DNA of 63,333 bases, counting the filler, from Nemertoderma westbladi (taxonomy: Eukaryota > Animalia > Xenacoelomorpha), in assembly GCA_032718475.1 (NCBI GenBank). It is 4 parts of 4 records of this genome, joined end to end, with 100 filler letters (N's around TTAATTAATTAA, not from the genome) between each part and the next. Parts side by side here need not be neighbours in the genome. Positions count along the whole stretch, not along the records: positions 14,896 to 46,161 come from JAUCBJ010001956.1; 3 more parts are not named here. One strand, 5' to 3'. A model generated the notes under the pieces. It was not told where the DNA came from and made no database searches. It worked only from the letters and a program-made list of their open reading frames with translations. The position numbers and the translations under genes were made by a program. Positions 27,831 through 40,287 of the stretch are shown here, piece by piece (the first letter of the stretch is position 1; each line of letters starts with the position of its first letter).

Positions 27831-28055
27831 CAGCAAACTTCGCCCACGAGAAAGCTTCGCCCATGAGAAAGCTTAGCCCGCGAGCTATTTTCACCCTCAA
27901 AATGAGTATTAACAACCTCGTTTATTGTTTTGGTTAAAGAATTCGTCTCTATAACCTATCGTGTCTGTAACGTACTCCTTTCCCCCAATCGGGCGAAGAT
28001 TGGACGCGGGCGAAGATTTCCCGCGGGCGAAGGTTGGACGCGGGCGAAGATAGCA
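27831..28055. mobile_element. Small MITE with inverted subterminal repeats (CTTCGCCC / GGGCGAAG)
   Basis: Three CTT(C/A)GCCC units on the left, four GGGCGAAG on the right, internal GTTTATTGTTTTGGTT motif. Possible degenerate TSD CTCTTAACG / CTCTAACG. Confidence 0.55.
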
Positions 28056-28254
28056 CTCTAACGCTCAGTTGGTTGAGCGCCGGGACTGGAATCTATTGGC
28101 TGTATCGAGCATCGCCAAGGTCCACTCAGCCTTTCATCCCCTGTGGTCGACATATAGAGGACCAGTTTAATTATTAGGAGTAAAACTTGGGATAGGAGTA
28201 GCGCCAACCCCTACCCTCGGCTCGGGTAGCAGATAGAGTATTAGATAGTAGCAG
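28056..28254 (+). mobile_element. Degenerate tRNA-derived SINE
   Basis: A-box-like GCTCAGTTGGTTGAGCG, then CCACTCAGCCTTTCATCCC...GGTCGA...GACCAG, which resembles a central domain shared by many metazoan SINEs. B box not recognisable. Confidence 0.6.
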
Positions 28255-28257
28255 GTA

Positions 28258-31200
28258 TTAGTTTCGTATAGTTCAACCCAACTCTGTTAATGTTTAGTTT
28301 TAGTTTCGTACAGTTCAACCCAGCTCTGTTAATGTTTAGTTTTAGTTTCGTACAGTTCAACCCAGCTCTGTTAATGTTTAGTTTTAGTTTCGTACAGTTC
28401 AACCCAACTCTGTTAATGTTTAGTTTTAGTTTCGTACAGTTCAACCCAACTCTGTTAATGTTTAGTTTTAGTTTCGTACAGTTCTACCCAGCTCTGTTAA
28501 TGTTTAGTTTTAGTTTCGTACAGTTCAACCCAACTCTGTTAATGTTTAGTTTTAGTTTCGTACAGTTCTACCCAGCTCTGTTAATGTTTAGTTTTAGTTT
28601 CGTACAGTTCAACCCAGCTCTGTTAATGTTTAGTTTTTTTTCGTAAGGTTCAACCCAACTCTGTTAATGTTTAGTTTTAGTTTCGTACAGTTCTACCCAG
28701 CTCTGTTAATGTTTAGTTTTAGTTTCGTACAGTTCAACCCAACTCTGTTAATGTTTAGTTTTAGTTTCGTACAGTTTTACCCAGCTCTGTTAATGTTTAG
28801 TTTTTTTTCGTAAGGTTCAACTCAACTCTGTTAATGTTTAGTTTTAGTTTCGTACAGTTCAACCCAACTCTGTTAATGTTTAGTTTTAGTTTCGTACAGT
28901 TCAACCCAACTCGGTTAATGTTTAGTTTTAGTTTCGTACAGTTCTACCCAGCTCTGTTAATGTTTAGTTTTAGTTTCGTACAGTTCAACCCAGCTCTGTT
29001 AATGTTGTTTAGTTTTTGTTTCGTACAGTTCAACCCAGCTCTGTTAATGTTTAGTTTTAGTTTCGTACAGTTCTACCCAGTTCTGTTAATGTTTAGTTTT
29101 AGTTTCGTACAGTTCAACCCAACTCTGTTAATGTTTAGTTTTAGTTTCGTACAGTTTTACCCAGCTCTGTTAATGTTTAGTTTTTTTTCGTAAGGTTCAA
29201 CCCAACTCTGTTAATGTTTAGTTTTAGTTTCGTACAGTTCAACCCAACTCTGTTAATGTTTAGTTTTAGTTTCGTACAGTTTTACCCAGCTCTGTTAATG
29301 TTTAGTTTTTTTTCGTAAGGTTCAACTCAACTCTGTTAATGTTTAGTTTTAGTTTCGTACAGTTCAACCCAACTCTGTTAATGTTTAGTTTTAGTTTCGT
29401 ACAGTTCAACCCAACTCGGTTAATGTTTAGTTTTAGTTTCGTACAGTTCTACCCAGCTCTGTTAATGTTTAGTTTTAGTTTCGTACAATTCAACCCAGCT
29501 CTGTTAATGTTGTTTAGTTTTTGTTTCGTACAGTTCAACCCAGCTCTGTTAATGTTTAGTTTTAGTTTCGTACAGTTCTACCCAGTTCTGTTAATGTTTA
29601 GTTTTAGTTTCGTACAGTTCAACCCAACTCTGTTAATGTTTAGTTTTAGTTTCGTACAGTTTTACCCAGCTCTGTTAATGTTTAGTTTTTTTTCGTAAGG
29701 TTCAACCCAACTCTGTTAATGTTTAGTTTTAGTTTCGTACAGTTCAACCCAACTCTGTTAATGTTTAGTTTTAGTTTCGTACAGTTTTACCCAGCTCTGT
29801 TAATGTTTAGTTTTTTTTCGTAAGGTTCAACCCAACTCTGTTAATGTTTAGTTTTAGTTTCGTACAGTTCAACCCAACTCTGTTAATGTTTAGTTTTAGT
29901 TTCGTACAGTTCAACCCAACTCTGTTAATGTTTAGTTTTAGTTTCGTACAGTTCAACCCAACTCAGTTAATGTTTAGATTTAGTTTCGTACAGTTCAACC
30001 CAGCTCTGTTAATGTTTAGTTTTAGTTTCGTACAGTTCAACCCAACTCTGTTAATGTTTAGTTTTAGTTTCGTACAGTTCAACCCAGCTCTGTTAATGTT
30101 TAGTTTTAGTTTCGTACAGTTCAACCCAACTCTGTTAATGTTTAGTTTTAGTTTCGCACAGTTCAACCCAACTCTGTTAATGTTTAGTTTTAGTTTCGTA
30201 CAGTTCAACCCAGCTCTGTTAATGTTTAGTTTTAATTTCGTACAGTTCAACCCAACTCTGTTAAATGTTTAGTTTTAGTTTCGTACAGTTCAACCCAGCT
30301 CTGTTAATGTTTAGTTTTAGTTTCGTACAGTTCTACCCAGTTCTGTTAATGTTCAGTTTTTTTTCGTAAGGTTCAACCCAACTCTGTTAATGTTTAGTTT
30401 TAGTTTCATACAGTTCAACCCAGCTCTGTTAATGTTTAGTTTTAGTTTCGTACAGTTCTACCCAGCTCTGTTAATGTTTAGTTTTTTTTCGTAAGGTTCA
30501 ACCCAACTCTGTTAATGTTTAGTTTTAGTTTCGTACAGTTCTACCCAGCTCTGTTAATGTTTAGTTTTAGTTTCGTACAGTTCAACCCAACTCTGTTAAT
30601 GTTTAGTTTTAGTTTCGTACAGTTCAACCCACTCTGTTAATGTTTAGTTTTAGTTTCGTACAGTTCAACCCAACTCGGTTAATGTTTAGTTTTAGTTTCG
30701 TACAGTTCTACCCAGCTCTGTTAATGTTTAGTTTTAGTTTCGTACAGTTCAACCCAGCTCTGTTAATGTTGTTTAGTTTTTGTTTCGTACAGTTCAACCC
30801 AGCTCTGTTAATGTTTAGTTTTAGTTTCGTACAGTTCTACCCAGTTCTGTTAATGTTTAGTTTTAGTTTCGTACAGTTCAACCCAACTCTGTTAATGTTT
30901 AGTTTTAGTTTCGTACAGTTTTACCCAGCTCTGTTAATGTTTAGTTTTTTTTCGTAAGGTTCAACCCAACTCTGTTAATGTTTAGTTTTAGTTTCGTACA
31001 GTTCAACCCAACTCTGTTAATGTTTAGTTTTAGTTTCGTACAGTTTTACCCAGCTCTGTTAATGTTTAGTTTTTTTTCGTAAGGTTCAACTCAACTCTGT
31101 TAATGTTTAGTTTTAGTTTCGTACAGTTCAACCCAACTCTGTTAATGTTTAGTTTTAGTTTCGTACAGTTCAACCCAACTCGGTTAATGTTTAGTTTTAG

Positions 31201-34200
31201 TTTCGTACAGTTCTACCCAGCTCTGTTAATGTTTAGTTTTAGTTTCGTACAGTTCAACCCAGCTCTGTTAATGTTGTTTAGTTTTTGTTTCGTACAGTTC
31301 AACCCAGCTCTGTTAATGTTTAGTTTTAGTTTCGTACAGTTCTACCCAGTTCTGTTAATGTTTAGTTTTAGTTTCGTACAGTTCAACCCAACTCTGTTAA
31401 TGTTTAGTTTTAGTTTCGTACAGTTTTACCCAGCTCTGTTAATGTTTAGTTTTTTTTCGTAAGGTTCAACCCAACTCTGTTAATGTTTAGTTTTAGTTTC
31501 GTACAGTTCAACCCAACTCTGTTAATGTTTAGTTTTAGTTTCGTACAGTTTTACCCAGCTCTGTTAATGTTTAGTTTTTTTTCGTAAGGTTCAACCCAAC
31601 TCTGTTAATGTTTAGTTTTAGTTTCGTACAGTTCAACCCAACTCTGTTAATGTTTAGTTTTAGTTTCGTACAGTTCAACCCAACTCTGTTAATGTTTAGT
31701 TTTAGTTTCGTACAGTTCAACCCAACTCAGTTAATGTTTAGATTTAGTTTCGTACAGTTCAACCCAGCTCTGTTAATGTTTAGTTTTAGTTTCGTACAGT
31801 TCAACCCAACTCTGTTAATGTTTAGTTTTAGTTTCGTACAGTTCAACCCAGCTCTGTTAATGTTTAGTTTTAGTTTCGTACAGTTCAACCCAACTCTGTT
31901 AATGTTTAGTTTTAGTTTCGCACAGTTCAACCCAACTCTGTTAATGTTTAGTTTTAGTTTCGTACAGTTCAACCCAGCTCTGTTAATGTTTAGTTTTAAT
32001 TTCGTACAGTTCAACCCAACTCTGTTAAATGTTTAGTTTTAGTTTCGTACAGTTCAACCCAGCTCTGTTAATGTTTAGTTTTAGTTTCGTACAGTTCTAC
32101 CCAGTTCTGTTAATGTTCAGTTTTTTTTCGTAAGGTTCAACCCAACTCTGTTAATGTTTAGTTTTAGTTTCATACAGTTCAACCCAGCTCTGTTAATGTT
32201 TAGTTTTAGTTTCGTACAGTTCTACCCAGCTCTGTTAATGTTTAGTTTTTTTTCGTAAGGTTCAACCCAACTCTGTTAATGTTTAGTTTTAGTTTCGTAC
32301 AGTTCTACCCAGCTCTGTTAATGTTTAGTTTTAGTTTCGTACAGTTCAACCCAACTCTGTTAATGTTTAGTTTTAGTTTCGTACAGTTCAACCCACTCTG
32401 TTAATGTTTAGTTTTAGTTTCGTACAGTTCAACCCAACTCTGTTAATGTTTAGTTTTAGTTTCGTACAGTTCTACCCAGCTCTGTTAATGTTTAGTTTTA
32501 GTTTCGTACAGTTCAACCCAGCTCTGTTAATGTTTAGTTTTAGTTTCGTACAGTTCAACCCAACTCTGTTAATGTTTAGTTTTAGTTTCGTACAGTTCAA
32601 CCCAACTCTGTTAATGTTTAGTTTTAGTTTCGTACAGTTCAACCCAGCTCTGTTAATGTTTAGTTTTAGTTTCGTACAGTTCTACCCAGTTCTGTTAATG
32701 TTCAGTTTTTTTTCGTAAGGTTCAACCCAACTCTGTTAATGTTTAGTTTTAGTTTCATACAGTTCAACCCAGCTCTGTTAATGTTTAGTTTTAGTTTCGT
32801 ACAGTTCTACCCAGCTCTGTTAATGTTTAGTTTTTTTTCGTAAGGTTCAACCCAACTCTGTTAATGTTTAGTTTTAGTTTCGTACAGTTCTACCCAGCTC
32901 TGTTAATGTTTAGTTTTAGTTTCGTACAGTTCAACCCAACTCTGTTAATGTTTAGTTTTAGTTTCGTACAGTTCAACCCACTCTGTTAATGTTTAGTTTT
33001 AGTTTCGTACAGTTCAACCCAACTCGGTTAATGTTTAGTTTTAGTTTCGTACAGTTCTACCCAGCTCTGTTAATGTTTAGTTTTAGTTTCGTACAGTTCA
33101 ACCCAGCTCTGTTAATGTTGTTTAGTTTTTGTTTCGTACAGTTCAACCCAGCTCTGTTAATGTTTAGTTTTAGTTTCGTACAGTTCTACCCAGTTCTGTT
33201 AATGTTTAGTTTTAGTTTCGTACAGTTCAACCCAACTCTGTTAATGTTTAGTTTTAGTTTCGTACAGTTTTACCCAGCTCTGTTAATGTTTAGTTTTTTT
33301 TCGTAAGGTTCAACCCAACTCTGTTAATGTTTAGTTTTAGTTTCGTACAGTTCAACCCAACTCTGTTAATGTTTAGTTTTAGTTTCGTACAGTTTTACCC
33401 AGCTCTGTTAATGTTTAGTTTTTTTTCGTAAGGTTCAACTCAACTCTGTTAATGTTTAGTTTTAGTTTCGTACAGTTCAACCCAACTCTGTTAATGTTTA
33501 GTTTTAGTTTCGTACAGTTCAACCCAACTCGGTTAATGTTTAGTTTTAGTTTCGTACAGTTCTACCCAGCTCTGTTAATGTTTAGTTTTAGTTTCGTACA
33601 GTTCAACCCAGCTCTGTTAATGTTGTTTAGTTTTTGTTTCGTACAGTTCAACCCAGCTCTGTTAATGTTTAGTTTTAGTTTCGTACAGTTCTACCCAGTT
33701 CTGTTAATGTTTAGTTTTAGTTTCGTACAGTTCAACCCAACTCTGTTAATGTTTAGTTTTAGTTTCGTACAGTTTTACCCAGCTCTGTTAATGTTTAGTT
33801 TTTTTTCGTAAGGTTCAACCCAACTCTGTTAATGTTTAGTTTTAGTTTCGTACAGTTCAACCCAACTCTGTTAATGTTTAGTTTTAGTTTCGTACAGTTT
33901 TACCCAGCTCTGTTAATGTTTAGTTTTTTTTCGTAAGGTTCAACCCAACTCTGTTAATGTTTAGTTTTAGTTTCGTACAGTTCAACCCAACTCTGTTAAT
34001 GTTTAGTTTTAGTTTCGTACAGTTCAACCCAACTCTGTTAATGTTTAGTTTTAGTTTCGTACAGTTCAACCCAACTCAGTTAATGTTTAGATTTAGTTTC
34101 GTACAGTTCAACCCAGCTCTGTTAATGTTTAGTTTTAGTTTCGTACAGTTCAACCCAACTCTGTTAATGTTTAGTTTTAGTTTCGTACAGTTCAACCCAG

Positions 34201-37200
34201 CTCTGTTAATGTTTAGTTTTAGTTTCGTACAGTTCAACCCAACTCTGTTAATGTTTAGTTTTAGTTTCGCACAGTTCAACCCAACTCTGTTAATGTTTAG
34301 TTTTAGTTTCGTACAGTTCAACCCAGCTCTGTTAATGTTTAGTTTTAATTTCGTACAGTTCAACCCAACTCTGTTAAATGTTTAGTTTTAGTTTCGTACA
34401 GTTCAACCCAGCTCTGTTAATGTTTAGTTTTAGTTTCGTACAGTTCTACCCAGTTCTGTTAATGTTCAGTTTTTTTTCGTAAGGTTCAACCCAACTCTGT
34501 TAATGTTTAGTTTTAGTTTCATACAGTTCAACCCAGCTCTGTTAATGTTTAGTTTTAGTTTCGTACAGTTCTACCCAGCTCTGTTAATGTTTAGTTTTTT
34601 TTCGTAAGGTTCAACCCAACTCTGTTAATGTTTAGTTTTAGTTTCGTACAGTTCTACCCAGCTCTGTTAATGTTTAGTTTTAGTTTCGTACAGTTCAACC
34701 CAACTCTGTTAATGTTTAGTTTTAGTTTCGTACAGTTCAACCCACTCTGTTAATGTTTAGTTTTAGTTTCGTACAGTTCAACCCAACTCTGTTAATGTTT
34801 AGTTTTAGTTTCGTACAGTTCTACCCAGCTCTGTTAATGTTTAGTTTTAGTTTCGTACAGTTCAACCCAGCTCTGTTAATGTTTAGTTTTAGTTTCGTAC
34901 AGTTCAACCCAACTCTGTTAATGTTTAGTTTTAGTTTCGTACAGTTCAACCCAACTCTGTTAATGTTTAGTTTTAGTTTCGTACAGTTCAACCCAACTCT
35001 GTTAATGTTTAGTTTTAGTTTCGTACAGTTCTACCCAGTTCTGTTAATGTTTAGTTTTTTTTCGTAAGGTTCAACCCAACTCTGTTAATGTTTAGTTTTA
35101 GTTTCGTACAGTTCAACCCAGCTCTGTTAATGTTTAGTTTTAGTTTCGTACAGTTCTACCCAGCTCTGTTAATGTTTAGTTTTAGTTTCGTACAGTTCAA
35201 CCCAACTCTGTTAATGTTTAGTTTTAGTTTCGTACAGTTCAACCCACTCTGTTAATGTTTAGTTTTAGTTTCGTACAGTTCAACCCAACTCTGTTAATGT
35301 TTAGTTTTAGTTTCGTACAGTTCAACCCAACTCTGTTAATGTTTAGTTTTAGTTTCGTACAGTTCAACCCAACTCTGTTAATGTTTAGTTTTAGTTTCGT
35401 ACAGTTCAACCCAACTCTGTTAATGTTTAGTTTTAGTTTCATACAGTTCAACCCAGCTCTGTTAATGTTTAGTTTTAGTTTCGTACAGTTCTACCCAGCT
35501 CTGTTAATGTTTAGTTTTTTTTCGTAAGGTTCAACCCAACTCTGTTAATGTTTAGTTTTAGTTTCGTACAGTTCTACCCAGCTCTGTTAATGTTTAGTTT
35601 TAGTTTCGTACAGTTCAACCCAACTCTGTTAATGTTTAGTTTTAGTTTCGTACAGTTCAACCCACTCTGTTAATGTTTAGTTTTAGTTTCGTACAGTTCA
35701 ACCCAACTCTGTTAATGTTTAGTTTTAGTTTCGTACAGTTCTACCCAGCTCTGTTAATGTTTAGTTTTAGTTTCGTACAGTTCAACCCAGCTCTGTTAAT
35801 GTTTAGTTTTAGTTTCGTACAGTTCAACCCAACTCTGTTAATGTTTAGTTTTAGTTTCGTACAGTTCAACCCAACTCTGTTAATGTTTAGTTTTAGTTTC
35901 GTACAGTTCAACCCAACTCTGTTAATGTTTAGTTTTAGTTTCGTACAGTTCTACCCAGTTCTGTTAATGTTTAGTTTTTTTTCGTAAGGTTCAACCCAAC
36001 TCTGTTAATGTTTAGTTTTAGTTTCGTACAGTTCAACCCAGCTCTGTTAATGTTTAGTTTTAGTTTCGTACAGTTCTACCCAGCTCTGTTAATGTTTAGT
36101 TTTAGTTTCGTACAGTTCAACCCAACTCTGTTAATGTTTAGTTTTAGTTTCGTACAGTTCAACCCACTCTGTTAATGTTTAGTTTTAGTTTCGTACAGTT
36201 CAACCCAACTCTGTTAATGTTTAGTTTTAGTTTCGTACAGTTCAACCCAACTCTGTTAATGTTTAGTTTTAGTTTCGTACAGTTCAACCCAACTCTGTTA
36301 ATGTTTAGTTTTAGTTTCGTACAGTTCAACCCAACTCTGTTAATGTTTAGTTTTAGTTTCGTACAGTTCTACCCAGCTCTGTTAATGTTTAGTTTTAGTT
36401 TCGTACAGTTCAACCCAACTCTGTTAATGTTTAGTTTTAGTTTCGTACAGTTCAACCCACTCTGTTAATGTTTAGTTTTAGTTTCGTACAGTTCAACCCA
36501 ACTCTGTTAATGTTTAGTTTTAGTTTCGTACAGTTCAACCCAACTCTGTTAATGTTTAGTTTTAGTTTCGTACAGTTCAACCCAACTCTGTTAATGTTTA
36601 GTTTTAGTTTCGTACAGTTCAACCCAACTCTGGTAATGTTTAGTTTTAGTTTCGTACAGTTCTACCCAGTTCTGTTAATGTTTAGTTTTTTTTCGTAAGG
36701 TTCAACCCAACTCTGTTAATGTTTAGTTTTAGTTTCGTACAGTTCAACCCAACTCTGTTAATGTTTAGTTTTAATTTCGTACAGTTCAACCCAACTCTGT
36801 TAATGTTTAGTTTTAGTTTCGTACAGTTCAACCCAACTCTGTTAATGTTTAGTTTTAGTTTCGTACAGTTCAACCCAACTCTGTTAATGTTTAGTTTTAG
36901 TTTCGTACAGTTCAACCCAACTCTGTTAATGTTTAGTTTTAGTTTCGTACAGTTCAACCCAGCTCTGTTAATGTTTAGTTTTAGTTTCGTACAGTTCTAC
37001 CCAGCTCTGTTAATGTTTAGTTTTAGTTTCGTACAGTTCAACCCAACTCTGTTAATGTTTAGTTTTAGTTTCGTACAGTTCAACCCAACTCTGTTAATGT
37101 TTAGTTTTAATTTCGTACAGTTCAACCCAACTCTGTTAATGTTTAGTTTTAGTTTCGTACAGTTCAACCCAACTCTGTTAATGTTTAGTTTTAGTTTCGT

Positions 37201-40172
37201 ACAGTTCAACCCAACTCTGTTAATGTTTAGTTTTAGTTTCGTACAGTTCAACCCAGCTCTGTTAATGTTTAGTTTTAGTTTCGTACAGTTCAACCCAACT
37301 CTGTTAATGTTTAGTTTTAGTTTCGTACAGTTCAACCCAACTCTGTTAATGTTTAGTTTTAGTTTCGTACAGTTCAACCCAGCTCTGTTAATGTTTAGTT
37401 TTAGTTTCGTACAGTTCAACCCAACTCAGTTAATGTTTAGTTTTAGTTTCGTACAGTTCTACCCAGCTCTGTTAATGTTTAGTTTTAGTTTCGTACAGTT
37501 CAACCCAACTCTGGTAATGTTTAGTTTTAGTTTCGTACAGTTCTACCCAGCCCTGTTAATGTTTAGTTTTAGTTTCGTACAGTTCAACCCAACTCTGTTA
37601 ATGTTTAGTTTTAGTTTCGTACAGTTCAACCCAGCTCTGTTAATGTTTAGTTTTAGTTTCGTACAGTTCTACCCAGCTCTGTTAATGTTTAGTTTTTTTT
37701 CGCAAGGTTCAACCCAACTCTGTTAATGTTTAGTTTTAGTTTCGTACAGTTCAACCCAGCTCTGTTAATGTTTAGTTTTAGTTTCGTACAGTTCTACCCA
37801 GCTCTGTTAATGTTTAGTTTTAGTTTCGTACAGTTCAACCCAACTCTGTTAATGTTTAGTTTTAGTTTCGTACAGTTCAACCCACTCTGTTAATGTTTAG
37901 TTTTAGTTTCGTACAGTTCAACCCAACTCTGTTAATGTTTAGTTTTAGTTTCGTACAGTTCAACCCAACTCTGTTAATGTTTAGTTTTAGTTTCGTACAG
38001 TTCAACCCAACCCTGTTAATGTTTAGTTTTAGTTTCGTACAGTTCAACCCAACTCTGTTAATGTTTAGTTTTAGTTTCGTACAGTTCTACCCAGCTCTGT
38101 TAATGTTTAGTTTTAGTTTCGTACAGTTCAACCCAACTCTGTTAATGTTTAGTTTTAGTTTCGTACAGTTCAACCCACTCTGTTAATGTTTAGTTTTAGT
38201 TTCGTACAGTTCAACCCAACTCTGTTAATGTTTAGTTTTAGTTTCGTACAGTTCAACCCAACTCTGTTAATGTTTAGTTTTAGTTTCGTACAGTTCAACC
38301 CAACTCTGTTAATGTTTAGTTTTAGTTTCGTACAGTTCAACCCAACTCTGGTAATGTTTAGTTTTAGTTTCGTACAGTTCTACCCAGTTCTGTTAATGTT
38401 TAGTTTTTTTTCGTAAGGTTCAACCCAACTCTGTTAATGTTTAGTTTTAGTTTCGTACAGTTCAACCCAACTCTGTTAATGTTTAGTTTTAATTTCGTAC
38501 AGTTCAACCCAACTCTGTTAATGTTTAGTTTTAGTTTCGTACAGTTCAACCCAACTCTGTTAATGTTTAGTTTTAGTTTCGTACAGTTCAACCCAGCTCT
38601 GTTAATGTTTAGTTTTAATTTCGTACAGTTCAACCCAACTCTGTTAATGTTTAGTTTTAGTTTCGTACAGTTCAACCCAACTCTGTTAATGTTTAGTTTT
38701 AGTTTCGTACAGTTCTACCCAGCTCTGTTAATGTTTAGTTTTTTTTCGTAAGGTTCAACCCAACTCTGTTAATGTTTAGTTTTAGTTTCGTACAGTTCTA
38801 CCCAGCTCTGTTAATGTTTAGTTTTAGTTTCGTACAGTTCAACCCAACTCTGTTAATGTTTAGTTTTAGTTTCGTACAATTCAACCCAGCTCTGTTAATG
38901 TTTAGTTTTAGTTTCGTACAGTTCAACCCAACTCTGTTAATGTTTAGTTTTAGTTTCGTACAGTTCAACCCAACTCTGTTAATGTTTAGTTTTAGTTTCG
39001 TACAGTTCAACCCGACTCTGTTAATGTTTAGTTTTAGTTTCGTACAGTTCAACCCAACTCTGTTAATGTTTAGTTTTAGTTTCGTACAGTTCTACCCAGT
39101 TCTGTTAATGTTTAGTTTTTTTTCGTAAGGTTCAACCCAACTCTGTTAATGTTTAGTTTTAGTTTCGTACAGTTCAACCCAGCTCTGTTAATGTTTAGTT
39201 TTAGTTTCGTACAGTTCTACCCAGCTCTGTTAATGTTTAGTTTTAGTTTCGTACTGTTCAACCCAACTCTGTTAATGTTTAGTTTTAGTTTCGTACAGTT
39301 CTACCCAGTTCTGTTAATGTTTAGTTTTTTTTGTAAGGTTCAACCCAACTCTGTTAATGTTTAGTTTTAGTTTCGTACAGTTCTACCCAGCTCTGTTAAT
39401 GTTTAGTTTTAGTTTCGTACAGTTCAACCCAACTCTGTTAATGTTTAGTTTTAGTTTCGTACAGTTCAACCCAACTCTGTTAATGTTTAGTTTTAGTTTC
39501 GTACAGTTCAACCCAACTCTGTTAATGTTTAGTTTTAGTTTCGTACAGTTCTACCCAGTTCTGTTAATGTTTAGTTTTTTTTCGTAAGGTTCAACCCAAC
39601 TCTGTTAATGTTTAGTTTTAGTTTCGTACAGTTCAACCCAGCTCTGTTAATGTTTAGTTTTAGTTTCGTACAGTTCTACCCAGCTCTGTTAATGTTTAGT
39701 TTTAGTTTCGTACAGTTCTAACCAGCTCTGTTAATGTTTAGTTTTAGTTTCGTACAGTTCAACCCAGCTCTGTTAATGTTTAGTTTTAGTTTCGTACAGT
39801 TCTACCCAACTCTGTTAATGTTTAGTTTTAGTTTCGTACAGTTCAACCCAGCTCTGTTAATGTTTAGTTTTAGTTTCGTACAGTTCTACCCAGCTCTGTT
39901 AATGTTTAGTTTTAGTTTCGTACAGTTCAACCCAACTCTGTTAATGTTTAGTTTTAGTTTCGTACAGTTCAACCCAGCTCTGTTAATGTTTAGTTTTAGT
40001 TTCGTACAGTTCTACCCAGCTCTGTTAATGTTTAGTTTTAGTTTCGTACAGTTCTACCCAGCTCTGTTAATGTTTAGTTTTAGTTTCGTACAGTTCTACC
40101 CAGCTCTGTTAATGTTTAGTTTTAGTTTCGTACAGTTCAACCCAGCTCTGTTAATGTTTAGTTTTAGTTTCG
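28258..40172. repeat. 42-bp satellite TTTAGTTTTAGTTTCGTACAGTTCAACCCAACTCTGTTAATG, roughly 280 copies, with higher-order blocks
   Basis: Directly visible. Diagnostic variant monomers recur at 505, 1764, 2349, 920 and 1718 bp offsets. Confidence 0.98.
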
Positions 40173-40287
40173 CATATATATAATATAATTGTTTTTCAGC
40201 TGGTTTATTATGATTGCCATTTATGTAACGGCCAGGACATGATACAAACTCGTGAAACTTATTCTAGGATTATTTGATTGGAGGAAT

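Noticed and set aside
28241-40183. Many MFSFSFVQFNPTLL / NCTKLKLNINR ORFs
   Set aside because: Translations of a 42-bp satellite, broken repeatedly by variant monomers.
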